In this document: one piece after another, positions 39,101 through 51,899 of the stretch
Layout of the letters: every line of letters begins with the position of its first letter
Numbering within the stretch: the stretch's first letter is position 1
DNA from: Raillietiella orientalis
Taxonomy: Eukaryota
DNA: 64,000 bases
Assembly: GCA_036172245.1 (NCBI GenBank)
Contig: JAYWIR010000001.1
Span: 1,302,001 to 1,366,000, forward strand
Direction of reading: 5' to 3'
Program-made: the position numbers and the translations under genes
Notes under the pieces: model-generated
Database searches by the model: none
Seen by the model: the letters and a program-made list of their open reading frames with translations, nothing else
What the model was told of the DNA's origin: nothing

Positions 39101-39399
39101 GAGATGAAAATGGCATCTCTCTCCTGATCCACATTCCTCAGTGAGCAGTGGTCGTGTAGTTTCCCCTAAGCTGAATTATCGTCTCTGAAAACTCCGTTTC
39201 CTCTTCTAGTTGTGAATAAGGGACAAGTGCAGTGAAGAAAGGTAGAATGGACACGGTCCGCTTTCCCTTATGACATGACGCTCGATCTAAATAGTTGTGT
39301 AGGACAAAGTGGCATGGCGTTTTTACATCCTTCTATTGATGCCTTCTTACACGAATATTATTGAAATTCCACAATGGTATCCGTTTCAAGCACAAAACG

Positions 39400-42300
39400 A
39401 AGCCATTCCTGGATCAATCGGTAGACGGAGAATGTCGAGGAGGTTTGTGGAGATGTTCGGAATACGTTCTCAGTGACCGGTGCAAGAGACGCTGCTTCTC
39501 CCCATGGAAACGACCGAAAGCACAACGTCCCGCTTTCGGATGTTTCGAGTTTGGATTCTTCTGAAGACTTGTTGCGTTTGTCTGATGGATTCAGACATCA
39601 GGTGGCGATTCTCAGGCATTCGTGACGTAGATCGCGAAGGAAAGAGGCGAGGGAGGGAAACGCTCCTCTGCATGGTACGCGTGCTTCGTTGCCCGTGAGG
39701 CGAAACAAAAGCAGTCAGTGGAAGCTGAGGAGTTTCCTTGGAGAGGACTGCCTGCTGGCTTACGAGGACATTGGGTGAATCTGTAGACACTTGGGAATCT
39801 CATTATTCCATGCCGAAAAGCACGGGCTATCTGTTAAGGAGAGAACGTGCGCGACCTCACACCATCGCGCATGCGCTCCTCGCGGCGTCGGCTTTATGAG
39901 CTTTCCGCGTTGATGATGATGCCGTTCTCGGAAGGGCAGCGCCATCTTGGGAAACCGTTGAGACTGAACTTTGTTACAGTCCCAAGGCTACAAGAAAGTT
40001 CGCGCCGCCGAGGAGGAAGCCCTCATGGATGGTGGGCATCGCCCTGAAGAAGGTGGAAGTTTTCTTCCTAGGATCTGTCCACTGTCAGCAGCTGCGTACC
40101 CTCCCGGAAGGGAGCTGCCGAGCTGCCCCTTTGTCAGCGATAGGGGAAGGCAGCTTGCGAAAAATTGCCAGCGTCTTCTGTTGGGAGCTACGAACGACCG
40201 CCTATTGAGGGAGCGTTCAAAAACCTGCCTCTCACTCTGAGAAGAAGACAGGGAAGAGGCGACACCTCTGCCGCCGACAGCTGTTTAGAATGGTCACAGT
40301 ACTACTCCAAACAGCTGCTGCTTTTGTTAACCCATTTCTCCGGGAGAACCCACCGGACAGGTCCCTGGGAGGGACTCACCCCCAACCCTCGCTGAAGATC
40401 CTGACGTTCCGTGAGAAGGTACGGGAATGCTTCTCTTCCTCTGCATCTCTCGAAGAGAAGTTCTGCTTTCCCCAGAGACGCGTGGCTGAGAAAATCATTC
40501 CCGGATAACTCTCAGGGCGCAGTTTATGACAAAAGGTGCTGGACTTTCACGAGAATGCGCAAGGGTTAGCAGCGTGTCCCTCCCAGGAACCTGTCCAGTC
40601 GGTTCTCCTGGAGAAACGGATTAACCAAAGCAGCATGAGCGGCTGCTGTCTGCTTTGTACGCGCAGGCAGCATCTTCGCATGCTGCTTTGGTACGAAAAA
40701 AGAGCGTGCATCTGCAATAATCTCACAGCCAAGACAAAAGTGCTCCATCGTTACGGCGAAGACTGCGTGGACCAGCTTGGATGCTGCCGACTAGGGGTGA
40801 AGGAAACTGAACTGTGGGTTATGTAAGACAAAAACATTTTTTTGTGTGTGTGTTTTTCTTTTGATGAGCAAATGTGAGAGCTGCTTTGTCCGCTTCTGGA
40901 AGAAAGGACACGAAGAACTTTGTCCTACATTGAGAAAGTACGCTTTCTCAGTGTAGGACAAAGTTCCTACTTCCCGCTCTGTCCCACTCACTGCCCAGGT
41001 TCGCTCTCCTTGGAGAGATGAGATTAACATTTCATGGCGAGCCACCACGCACAGTCATACATCACGAAAAAGCCTTTCGTACGACCTCGCATCCCTACCG
41101 AACCAAGGACGAGTCTTCATAGGAGATCTTCCCTTGAGTTCTTTCAGCGAAAGATGCCCAAGGAAAGGCTCAACCACACAGATGAGCCGAACAGCCAACA
41201 GCGCAAAGAACACCAAAGCTTTCCTTCCTTTCTGCAGACAGAAGCAGCTAGGGGACGAAGCAGATGGGAAGGTCTCGTCTCATCAGCCGAGTCGCGAAGG
41301 CACTTGATCCAGCCCAGAGTAGTGGAGGCTGGGTTTGCGATAGAAAAACAGCACCCCGGGCTTCGACATCATCCGAAATAATGGTCTCAAGTGCAAGATT
41401 TCCCCCAAAGAGTATGGAGGAGTGAAAGATTCCGAGAGAACTGCGTTCTTCACTGCCATCTCGGGAAGGCGCATTCCGCATTCGTTTGTGGTTCTGCAAG
41501 AACCAGAAGTGCGACGAGCCCATCCACTTTCAGTCTAGACTTTGTTGATTCTATGGGAACGTTCTTTCGCTATTTCGGCTTCCTTCCTACGTACCCACCG
41601 TTCCAAGCGGATGGAAACCAGAGTGACCGTGTGCACAGAAGGAAACTAACCGAGATGCTGCAAATCACATAGCATGCATCCCTCATTGCGATCAGTGCAC
41701 TCATGGCACGCTGGATCTCCCAGGTCTTGATGCTGGATCATGCAGCGTACAACAGCTATACGCAGATTACGTACTCATACACAGATAAGCACGGAAGCGT
41801 GGATACGCGTGCATGGCATGTTTAGTAAATGAAAATGCAAAGCAATCCGTGATTACTCTCTGATAAATATTCCGATCCGAAAGTGCAATAATATTGAACT
41901 AGGACGACCTGATCTTCGAAAATTAATTTTATTCCAGGCCCGGACGGAGCGAATCAGAATTTTTGTAATCCATAGGAAAAATCCATAGAAATATAAGTGT
42001 TCATTAAGAACTTCTTTTAAGAAGGTAGCTAATCCAATGTGTAGTACGTTACAGTTTCCATCGTCACACATATTCAATGCTTAGACGGTTTTATTTATCT
42101 CACATTCCAGTTGACCCTTTGGGTGCTATGGAAGCATTTATGCGTCTGACAACTGCTTTTGCCTCGTACACGCGCCAAAAGTGAACACTCTCCATGTTTG
42201 AGATGGACGCATGCACTTCTTACCATTTCTTATCGTTCCCTTGGCGACGACAGTGAACGAAATGCCACTCATATCTTCTGACCGTTCGCCGGTTTTTCTC

Positions 42301-44290
42301 GGTGTCGTACGGAATTCATCACAGTGTGTTTTTCACCTCTGCGATGTCTTAAAAATGGGAATGAGTTTTTGATTGGATTGGAATTAGAATTTCTAAATGA
42401 ACAACATGTGTTTGGGAGAAGCGAAAAATTTTTTCATTCAATGTGGTGCAAATAAACAACTCCAATGGCAGCTTCGTAAAGTCAGCACTTTGTAAAAAGT
42501 CAATCGGTGGCACCGCTGATGGCGCACGCGGTACGCGAAAGGGCAGTGCGTCCACAGAGGTCTCCACTGCGACTCGCGTGCCGTCAACGCAGGACGTTTC
42601 CATCCGGCGAGCTTCGCACCCAAAGGGTTAGCAATCCACTGTGGGTGAAGGAGAAAAACCCGACGTCATGTTTACCAAAGACCTTGAGTTTTGTGAATAT
42701 CTATCACATCTTTCCCTTATTTTTCATCACGTATCTTTTACGATAAGCTAGCATAAGAGCAACGAAAGGCAGATCCAGATGTTCTCCAAAGGCGTGTCGC
42801 ATGCAACCTTTCTGGTTCGTTCGCTAAAGAATGCCAAAGATGCCTGGAAATACTGCTCTGTGCCATTTCCAGCGCCTCTCTGTTCAGAATCCCGACCGGG
42901 CATTCCTCCGGGAAGGATCCGCCTCTGAAAAATCGACTTTTTGAATCTCTACCTGTTGCATGCCAGGGAGCGATCCCATGCGTTGCCATGCGTGTTAGAA
43001 TGTCTGTCCTTTTCGCTCCTTCCCTGGCTTCGTTCCTTCGAGTCTTGCAGTGTTCCTCCTGCCGTGGAGCCGCGAGACTCTGCAGGAAGGAAGTTTCAGA
43101 ACTGACTGCTGCCACTCTTCCTGCACCCGACATATCCGGAGGCCGTTTCCAGGCGCTTCTGAGAAACTCGGAGCAGCGTTGTTCTTCTACAGCACGTCGA
43201 TTAATCGATGTTGCTATCCTGGGATCATTCGGCTTGAAGCGTGGAAAAAAGGAAAAGCAGGAGCTGCGTGCGGTGGCTGGATGGGTGCTTAGGGAGCAGC
43301 ATGGAAGTCACCCATGAGGGAGGTTCTGTGAATGGCCGGAACACGGGGGCAGGACGATAAGGAACATAAACAAGTACGGCTTTCCACGATCCCTTTTACC
43401 GACATTGGGATGCGTGGAACGCATTGTTTCCCGTCAGCACTCGGGAAGGCTGGACCGAAAATGCAAGTCTTCGGGAGCGTGCGCGCCAGTTTCCCTCACC
43501 GAGGCAGCAGCTCTGCACACAGGGAACTCCTCCAGAGGCTCAGATGCCCTCGCCGGAACGCTGCGAAGGGCACCGAAGAGGGCAAACCTGTCCCCTACCA
43601 GCACGCCTTGGGCCGCTCCAGAAGGCCTGCCCATTTTACCTCAGTCGTCCAGGGATCCAGCAGGAAGCTCCTCCTTTCGCGAATGGCGGCCTCAGGGCAC
43701 GGAAGACGTTAAGTTCCAGCTTCCTGCATTAGCCTGCTGTCTCGCAATAGGATGAAAGGATAGCCTTGATACATCGGACACTGCATGATTCCGTCTCCCT
43801 CACTCCGCAATGTGTTCGACGGCAGATGTGGAAACGGAACGTGAGGAATGCAGGCTGACAGAGCTACACCGGGACCAATTTCTGCACTCGTCTTCCATCT
43901 TGCATCTCCAGGCCGAAATTCTTGCATGATTGTTGTATGGTGATGCGTCGGAAGACTACGTTATGAAGTGATGGCCATTTTCGTTGTTAAGCGATCGCTT
44001 CGTGGCAGCCGACGTCAAAGAAGCGGGGAGCATGCCGAGGGCTTCCCTACAAAAGCTTGACAACCTCCTACGAGATTCACATAGCAACTCTTTTCATCAT
44101 CAGATGTTGAGATTCATTCAACAGTATCTGTGCTGCAGACCGACCATTCGAGCTGGAAAAAGCAGTGGGTTGGGTAGAATTCCATCCCAAGAATGGGATG
44201 CTTTAGCTCTTCGGCAAGATGTTTCCGATTCAGAATGATTCTGAGGGACCACATCATTCTTGCACTTAAGCAGGGTACTGATGCTCGCCA
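39400..44290 (+). CDS. Putative intron-rich gene region, product unknown (contains repeats in introns)
   Basis: Dense short GT/GC...AG units at 40750-41700 and 42730-44290. Reading frame not resolved. Confidence 0.3.
40316..40635. repeat. Inverted repeat, 60-bp arms (53/60 identical), 200-bp spacer
   Basis: 40316-40375 compared with the reverse complement of 40576-40635. Confidence 0.85.
42115..42627. mobile_element. piggyBac-like MITE, 513 bp
   Basis: Perfect 12-bp TIR CCCTTTGGGTGC / GCACCCAAAGGG, flanked by TTGA and TTAG (each one change from TTAA). Asymmetrically spaced inner repeat ATGGAA...TGCGT. Confidence 0.75.
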
Positions 44291-45032
44291 GTCAGATCTT
44301 CATTCGCCGTGGTATTCAGGGTTCAAACCGCTCCCACCTCAGCAACCCCCGACGTCTCCAAGTACCAGCATCCCGTCCGCCACGATCCTGATCGGAGAAA
44401 AATCGTGGAATTTTTTTCGGGAGCGTTCTTTGCCTGCCTGGGAGTGGAGGCTCTCGACCTAACGGCGTCCGGACAGATCAGGGATGAGCAATTCGAACGA
44501 GCGTGCTCAAAGTCGCGACTTCAAGGAACCCGCTCTCTCCCTAAAACTCTCCTGCTTTGCTCCTTCAAACCCCGAAGAGTCAGGAACGCCAAGGAGGCAT
44601 TCTTGATTTTTGGTCTTCAGACGTCGTGCACTCTCGGTGGTTTTCCTCTGGGATCTCCTCCTAATCGAAGGCGCATGGAGACTTTCCGGAAGAGGCAGCG
44701 CATTCATCGTGCTCGGTGCTCTCGCACCGCTGCTGGAGCACGACCGTCGAGGGTGGACACCCCCGCGGTGAGCGGCACACCAAGACTGGTTCCCTTTCCC
44801 TCCGCATAAGCTGAAGCCGTGCTGGAAGCAGAAAGTCAGGACGAGAGATTAGGAGGAAGCGATGCAGGGATACTCGAAGTTCTCTGCAGCTTTTCCTTTG
44901 CCCTTTTTGAAAGACAATGGTCACGCCAAATCCTGGAACATTTCTTCGGCACTAAATGAAAGCAGAGTGGAGAGCGCATCCAGAGCAACTGAGATTAGGC
45001 GGTGCAACTGTTCTCTGGACTGGCAACATGGT

Positions 45033-46110
45033 GTTGTCATTAGGTCAAGCCAGGAGGTTTACCGAAAGAGACAAGGAACGGTTCTGGGAGGACACATGGG
45101 CCTACCACTTCCGATCTGTCCTTGGACCTGCCAGTCGCCGGTGAGCAGACCGGCAGGGGTCACCTCGGCAGCGGAGGGGAGGGGGGGAAAAATGAAAATA
45201 CCGTGCAGGACCGGGAAAGGGTCACTATCCATTGAAGGAAGTCCTCTGCATCCTTCCCAGGGTGCCGCGGAAAAGCGAACTGCATGCTGGACGGCATCCC
45301 TCTCGTACGGTTCTCCTTCAGCGTCGCTCCGGGACTCCAAATCCCATGAATTCAGCAAAGAGCTGCTAGGACTGCGGCTGGCGGTAGGGCGTCCCGCTTG
45401 AAGAGGAGCTTCGAAACGTCCCTGGGGTCGCCATCTGGGATCCCTAAGGTCGTCCCAAAACGTCGGAGGGAGTCCACGAGCAGCTTCGGGAGGGATGCAC
45501 GTTCCCCGCACCTGCGATAGTCCGGACTCGCCCGCCCTCCTACTGGGTCCAGCAGTGACAGCGAAAGTTGCAGGGTAGGCCCCAGTGCAACAGACGGAGT
45601 ACCGACTCCCGACACCCCAGGGGGATGATGCTGCTATCCTTGAACACTCGAAGTCCCTCTAGGTGCTCGCTAGGAACACAGAGCAGCTCGCCTCAGAGTT
45701 AAAGTCCTCGTGAAAGGAAACTTGGAGTCACATAGTCTGTCAGCTGCCCTGTGGTCCAACTACTTATCTCCTTCCTCCTGCCTGCGATCTCTCACGAGAC
45801 TACCCGCCTCGCCGGTCGGCTGCTGGCATTCGCCTCTCTTAGGGAGGGCAGCTCTTCAGCAACGAGGTTGTGCTCTTCCCAAATGCTCATTCTGGGAGTC
45901 TCGATGATCTTCTGTAGAGAGCAGCGAGTGTAGATGCTGCGTCGCAGAAAGTTCCATGTCTCCGAGCTGGGCTCGTTTGTCTTCGCCACGTGTCAGTCGT
46001 TTCCTGCAGCCAAGCGCTACACTTGGTGGGGCTGCAGGGCAACCAGCCGTTGTCCTCCGCCAGCGTGGCCAACCGCCCGAGGAGAAAATTCCACACTTTG
46101 AGCAACACGG
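45033..46110 (-). mobile_element. Family-1 LINE 3' fragment
   Basis: NGWLPCSPTKCSAWLQE, PDYRRCGERASLPKLLVD, UTR motif GGTGACCCCTGCCGGTCTGC, and terminus GTAAACCTCCTGGCTTGACC. Confidence 0.82.
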
Positions 46111-46739
46111 CTAGGGAAAGTCAAACGAGTGACCAGCGGCGACTGAAAGCCGATCTCTCCCTGATTTCGCTCTGTCGAGGAAGCAAACAACGATCTCGAT
46201 TTCCTCCTGATTCCGGAGCCGTCTGCATTTGTCTGGGGACCGGCTGAACTGGGTTCTTCAGCCAGCGAAATGGTCGTTTGATTGTTTGTTTCTTCCTCAC
46301 GCTGGTTTTAGCGTACGCTTCAGAGATGTCGCTTTGCTTTCCTTCGGACTCGCAAGTGATTCATGACCGCTCGATCTATTCGCAGGTCTTTGATTCGAAT
46401 GGCCAAGATGGCTGTCTGGTGCCGTGAGTTTCAATTCTCCTCTTGCTTCTTCAAAGGCTGGATCACTGCATGTAGCCGAAAGAGAACTAGTCTGGAAACA
46501 CGGAATCCCTCAAGAGTTCCATTTCTAGGAAGCGATGGACGAAAAGCGAAGGGGGGGGAAATTAAACAAACGATGTGGTCTCAAGAAGGTAGAACGACCA
46601 CATTTCTCTCTCGCCACATAAAGCACACCATCTCCACGGATTCTACGTCACTCAATGATGGAGCCTTGCCCTTGGGTAGGCTTGGGCCTTTGTGATTACT
46701 GACGTATTCAAGAACCACTTGAAATGGTCCCTAAAATCT

Positions 46740-47100
46740 TCCACACAATGAGAAACTACGGCAGGGGACTGCGAAAAAAATATGGATCACAGAATCTCTC
46801 GATCCTGCTTCCCCAGTTGCCATATGTGCCACATATGTTGGCCACCGAATGAACAATAGCATTGTCGTCTGGAGTTACCACTGACTGGAGGTGGATCAGA
46901 TGCATCAGATGCCTCTCTTCCAGCATGCAGCTGAGCTTCCTTATACCTCTCTCTTGGTCGGGCGGTGCACCCGGTACCTTCGACTGTTGGCAGAGTGAGC
47001 AACTGCAGGGCCAATCCTTTCTTGTCCTCCGCGTGTTGAAATGGTGCAGATGCTCTCAGGAAAAGAGGGGGAGGGAATCCATGGTACTTCCTCCATATGT
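46740..47100 (-). pseudogene. Possible LINE zinc-knuckle remnant of another family
   Basis: Minus frame reads GEAGSRDSVIHIFFAVP, resembling the zf-RVT 'ES..HIFF.CP' pattern. Confidence 0.3.
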
Positions 47101-47699
47101 TCTTTAGCAAAAACTGCGTTCCACGTCCAAGAGCATCACTTTCCATGCGCTCTTAGCGATGTGCGGTCGCACACGGCACTCCGCCCGGACCGTTCGCCGA
47201 GTCTGATACCGCCGCTCCAAGAGAGCGCGAAGTTCACGAAAGACCGCCGCTACGTCCAGTGCTCCTCCGCGTACGTTTCCCAGCTGCCTCGCACCCGGTT
47301 TGAAGACCCGGCTTCAGACCAATCTTCTTTATCCGACCCGAACCTCCGAGATGAGCGCGGCTCTTCTGCTACCTCCAGACAAGTCTCGGAAAGCGATTCG
47401 GCTATCCGATTCCCTTTTTCTCCGAACCAGAAGCAATGAGACTTCCAAAGAAAGCCCCAAGAAGTTTCTGGAAGAGAGGGATGTTTTGAGGGGTATAGTG
47501 CAGACTCGGTTTCAAAGAAACGGTTTTGGTCCAGCTGTTAAGAGAGACCACATAAGTGTGGTGAAAACCCACGGAGTGCAAGATCCCAGCAGGATCCCAA
47601 CAGGGTTCAAGATGTAAGGAAGAAACATCTTGGGAAACGCAAAGGGAACTGAGAAACTGCGAGACGGCAAGTCCAAGTTGTGAGACAGCAACTCTTCAA

Positions 47700-48220
47700 T
47701 TCAGGGAGTGATCCCGGTCAATCCAGGAAGGGCTGCGTAGAAAGCAATTTGTTCCTCTCACGCTCGATAGGGAACCTCGAAAGGGAACCTGGAAAAAAAA
47801 ATCCTCTCCCGGAATTTTTTCTTCTAGAGGGCACCCGCGATGCAATCGCTCCTTGCTTCTTCCTCCGAAGGGAACAGAGGTATCGATCCACCACATGATA
47901 CGAGGTGGGGGATCCCTTCTCGAGGAAGAAAGAGGGGGGGGGGAGGACGGCTACATTTGCACGATCGAAGGGGAACCATGAAGGGAACCGACTCCTTGAT
48001 TCCTGAAAGGATCCCGGAGAGTCCACTTCCAATCCTGGTCACTCATCGGGGGCATCCGCTTTCCACCAGTGCCAATCAGCGTGTGGAGGAACTCGAAACT
48101 CATGATGCACCTTCCGTTCTCGGCGCCGACCCTTCCCCGGGCGGGATTCGTACCCGTGGCGCTTGGAGCCAGGCGCGGAGACGGCAGCCACAATGGGACC
48201 GCCAGCGTAGGCACTGAAGA
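47700..48220 (-). mobile_element. SINE copy with intact head, 3' part lost
   Basis: GCTGGCGG...GGGTACGAATCCCGCCCGGG (48155-48143), second box GAGTTTCGAGTTCC, and hairpin units. Confidence 0.8.
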
Positions 48221-49289
48221 TACGAAATGCCCACCCGTGGTGCTTCCGTTTGAACTTAACAAATTGAAATTCTGTGGATTCTGAGGTTTCGGTACTTGTA
48301 GAAGGGAATCGGATCGTGGATTCATACATCACAATCTCGGCTCCGGCAGATGGTCGGCGGGAAAGGAGGGAATAGGGGAAACAGGCCGTTTCCCATGGAA
48401 ACGGATTCACCTGCTGCTTGGAAATGCCTACCGTGCAGGATCTCAGGGAATCTTTCACGGTGCATCTCGAAGGATCCTTGGGTTGACCACGCGTTTGCCT
48501 GCGATTCAAAATATCAGTCCTCCTCCAGTGGTCTTTCTTTTCGGGAAAAAGAAACTGACCCCACTGGTGACCTACGAGTCTGACGAACTTTCCTGCTGCA
48601 GGATGGAGCCTCCGACATCCCCCTTCCCCAACTGGACGCGCGTCAGTCTCTTCGCAGCTCTTGTTGGCCCACTCCCTACTGCCCATCGTTAACCGATTCT
48701 CGCACGTCGCACCCTCACTCACACAGCGTCCAAATTCTTCCAGAGGAAGTTCGGATTCAAAGGGAGTCCGGGAGTGGATGCTCTCCAGAACCCAAAGGCA
48801 TATGTGGACCGATCAAGAAAAGGGGAGCTGAACGGATGCACCCAAAGTCGCGACTTCAAGGAACGCGTTCTCTCTGAGGGAAAAGAGGCTTCCCACGAAG
48901 ATGCTCGTACCAAATGAAGAGCCGAAGATGCCCTCTGACCTCCTACACCCACATCCCCACTGCTCATTTCCGTTTTCCCTTTCATCACTTCAAGAATGCG
49001 GGAGTAAATCTGAAAGTTCGAGCCTCTTTCCTCTCGCCCCCATCGCGCACCGAATCTTCAACCTCCGTTGCGCTCCTCCCTCTCTGATATGACCCCAGGA
49101 CTTCAGCATCGCAAATGCTCAATAAAACAAGCATCCCTTGCACCCTTGCGTGAGTGTTGGGAGCAGGGTCTCGTAGTTAGCTATCCATCTCTGCAGTCGG
49201 CAGCGGCACACAGCAACGGAAGCCGGTCTGCCGCTGCGCTGCCAGTTCAAGTGATGGATGTTCGTCGTCACTGCCCCCTCAAGGCACTC

Positions 49290-50785
49290 AGAAATGTGAG
49301 AGGCGATATGACTGCGGTCTCTACGCGTGGCATCAAGTGTTGCGGGTTCGAATCCCGCCCGGGAAAGGCTCGGCGACGAGAATGAGGGGTGCGTCGCGGG
49401 TTTCGAATCCCCTCCAACCCATAGGATGCACTGGTCGACCTACAGGCTCCGGGGGCGGCACTGGTGTAAGTCGCAAAGCGGATGTCCCCGTTGAGTGACC
49501 GGGTCGACCCCCCGGTTTTTCCAGGGATTAAGGAGCCCCTCGGGGCTCTTCTCCAGCTGTGAGGATTATCACCCGGTTATGTTGGGGCATTTATTACATG
49601 AAGCAATAAAAATACATTGGTGTGGTGGAACCCTTGGTTCTACCACTGCCGAAGAGCGGCTTCGCAGGCAGGCGAGGTCCATTTCTGTAGCATGGGGGAG
49701 GGGAAAACAAAAACAAAAAAAAATAAACACACAAAAACAGTGGCAGGAAAATTATACATGGTGATGGGGGGACCGAGGGAGGGCTCACTGTACACTGACA
49801 GGAGTCCTCTGCATCCTCTTCAGGATGCTGACAAGTTCCGTTTGTATCTCGCCCAGGTCGGTGGAGGAGGCCTTTAAGGAGATCCACGCCTAGTGGATGC
49901 CACTTCGACCTCTTCTGGCGTTCTGGGACGCTGTGATTCAGCGAATGCAGCTGGGGACGCGGCTGGTGGTTGTGAGACACCACGCGCGAAGAGACGTCTG
50001 AAAATGTCCATGGGGCCGTACAACACCGGGAATCGTAAGATCGTAGCGAGGCGATGCCAGAGGGGTCAAAGGACAGCACTGTCCAACAGCAGGCGCTAGA
50101 GGGTCCCCGTCTTCCCTCATCTGTCGCATCGAGCGTCCACTCTCCCCCGTGCCAGTGGCGAAGACCACGCTTCGCACGGAATTCCCCGGCCCCACTGTTC
50201 CAGCACGCCGGGTTCCACTTTACCTCCTCCGGAGAGATGTCAAGCAGCTCTTCCCAGAGTAGAAGTCCTTAGGATGGGACACTCGGAGTCTCAGCGTACG
50301 GTTGTGAGGATGGAGAGGTACAATGGAGCTGGTGGATACACCATAGCGTACCATGCGGCTGATTGATACCCTTTCGGGGGGTCGCTTCTCCAGAGTGTCA
50401 GAAGAACACTGTTCCCTTAGGGGTTCTCTTCAGGTAAAGGAACAAGGAGCGATTCTCCGGGATTCTTCTGGAGAAGAAATTCCAGGAGCGGATCCTTTCC
50501 GGGTTCCCTTTGGAGAAGAAATGTGAGTGAAACCCTACGGAGGGTGCCTCTGGGGCGAATAAGAAAGAGGTTCCCGTAGGGTTTCCCTTCCAAGTGTAAG
50601 AGAAATTTACTCCTTCCTCTGGAGCCCTTCTTGGATTCATAAGGTGGTCCCTAGGAGTTACCCTCTAACTTGAAGAGTGACACTCACCCTCGGGTGGTGT
50701 GAACAGCGTTAAAGAGAGCTGTGAACCCCCCTAGGGAGACGAACGGTTCTTCAGGACTTAACGACCAAAAAAAAATAAAAAAAAT
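49290..50785 (+). mobile_element. Full-length SINE interrupted by a LINE fragment
   Basis: B-box GGTTCGAATCC (49345-49355) and GGTTTCGAATCC (49399-49410). Body resumes at 50299; A-rich tail at about 50767-50784. Confidence 0.85.
49566..50298 (-). mobile_element. Family-1 LINE 3' fragment inserted in a SINE
   Basis: Zinc-knuckle region, UTR, and terminus AATAAATGCCCCAACATAACCGGGTGATAA. TSD CAGCTGTGAGGA (49554-49565) / CGGTTGTGAGGA (50299-50310). Confidence 0.87.
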
Positions 50786-51519
50786 GGAAACTTCCCGAAA
50801 TCACTTGAGCTTTTCATCTCAGCCTTTCTATGAGAAGGTGCTGCGTCCTTGACGCCCTTGTCGGAATTCTTCTGTTTGTATCTTGCACACAATCGGGCCC
50901 AAAGGCAAGATTTTCCTTTCTCGCCGCTGAATGAAAGCTCGCAGCGATGCATCATGACATGGAGGTCAGCTGGAGTATACAACCAGAGCCATGTCTTCCC
51001 ACCGCCTTTCCTTGCCCTTCTTCAAGGATCTCTTGCACCACTCTTTGCATAAAATCTCCCGTGAAAACTTAGAAGGAGAAAAAAAAAGTCCGTTTTGAGC
51101 GAACCTTACTGTGATTAAAAGCAAGGATAAAAAGGATAATTGAAATGTTGATGATAGAGACGTGTACGGTAGCGGATAGAGAACACTGGATGTCTTAAGC
51201 ACGAAGGAGAAATCGAGATTCACACACATTTCTTCGGCGACCGGAAATGCCATTCGCGTCCCAGACTGCGGCGTTCTTCTCCGTGGCAAACCTTGTTCTT
51301 GGCAGAGATTGGTAGATTTCTTCTGTCCTGCTCGACCGATGCTACAACGAGCCGCTTTCCTACCATCTGACCGGGTGAAGCTGAGGGTCGTGGAGGGAAA
51401 ATGGCGGCCGCTGTTCCAGAGCGCGACCCGCTCCTTTCGGATGACTTTTTTCGAATTTCGATCTCGCATCCGCTCCGGTCCGAGGGCTACAAAAAATGAA
51501 CACTTCCTTGGGAGGAATT

Positions 51520-51563
51520 CATCGGGCATTTTCGAGCTCCCCATCGGGCATTTTCGAGCTCCC
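51520..51563. repeat. Perfect 22-bp tandem duplication
   Basis: CATCGGGCATTTTCGAGCTCCC x2. Confidence 0.95.
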
Positions 51564-51899
51564 CTTGCTCCAATCCTTCACTCCTGTGCTGCACCACATT
51601 GCTGCCCTCCAAGGAAACGCTCCCAGTAATGGCGAGCGGGATGGTTCTCTCTCATTCTCTTCAGCAGCGCAGTCTGCTGGTACGCAGGTAACCTTCTTAC
51701 AACTCCTCGTTGTGTAGCGCTACGCGTTGCGTATCAGCACCTTGGATGGGGACCGTGACGTCATCAGAGTCTGCGAAGAAAAAGCCAAAAAAAAAAAAGG
51801 CATCCGAGAGGAAAGTTCTGCTTCGTGATCGTCTGCAATCCTCAGCAGGGGATTCCTCCGGTCGCGAGGTCCTTCATCTTGAAGGAGGCACCAATCTTT

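Noticed and set aside
39870..39900. HDV-ribozyme-like CGC-TCCTCGCG-GCG
   Set aside because: No matching P1 stem or P1.1 GG.
43150..43225. SET-domain NHSC-like peptide LGAALFFYSTSINRCCYP
   Set aside because: Key His/Ser residues are absent, and frame and exon status are unresolved.
49300..49365. Functional tRNA gene
   Set aside because: B-box present, but no convincing cloverleaf or acceptor stem; it runs into the SINE body and copies are diverged.
50400..50600. CRISPR-like array of hairpin repeats
   Set aside because: Units are degenerate, intervening sequences are homologous across SINE copies, and there are no cas genes.
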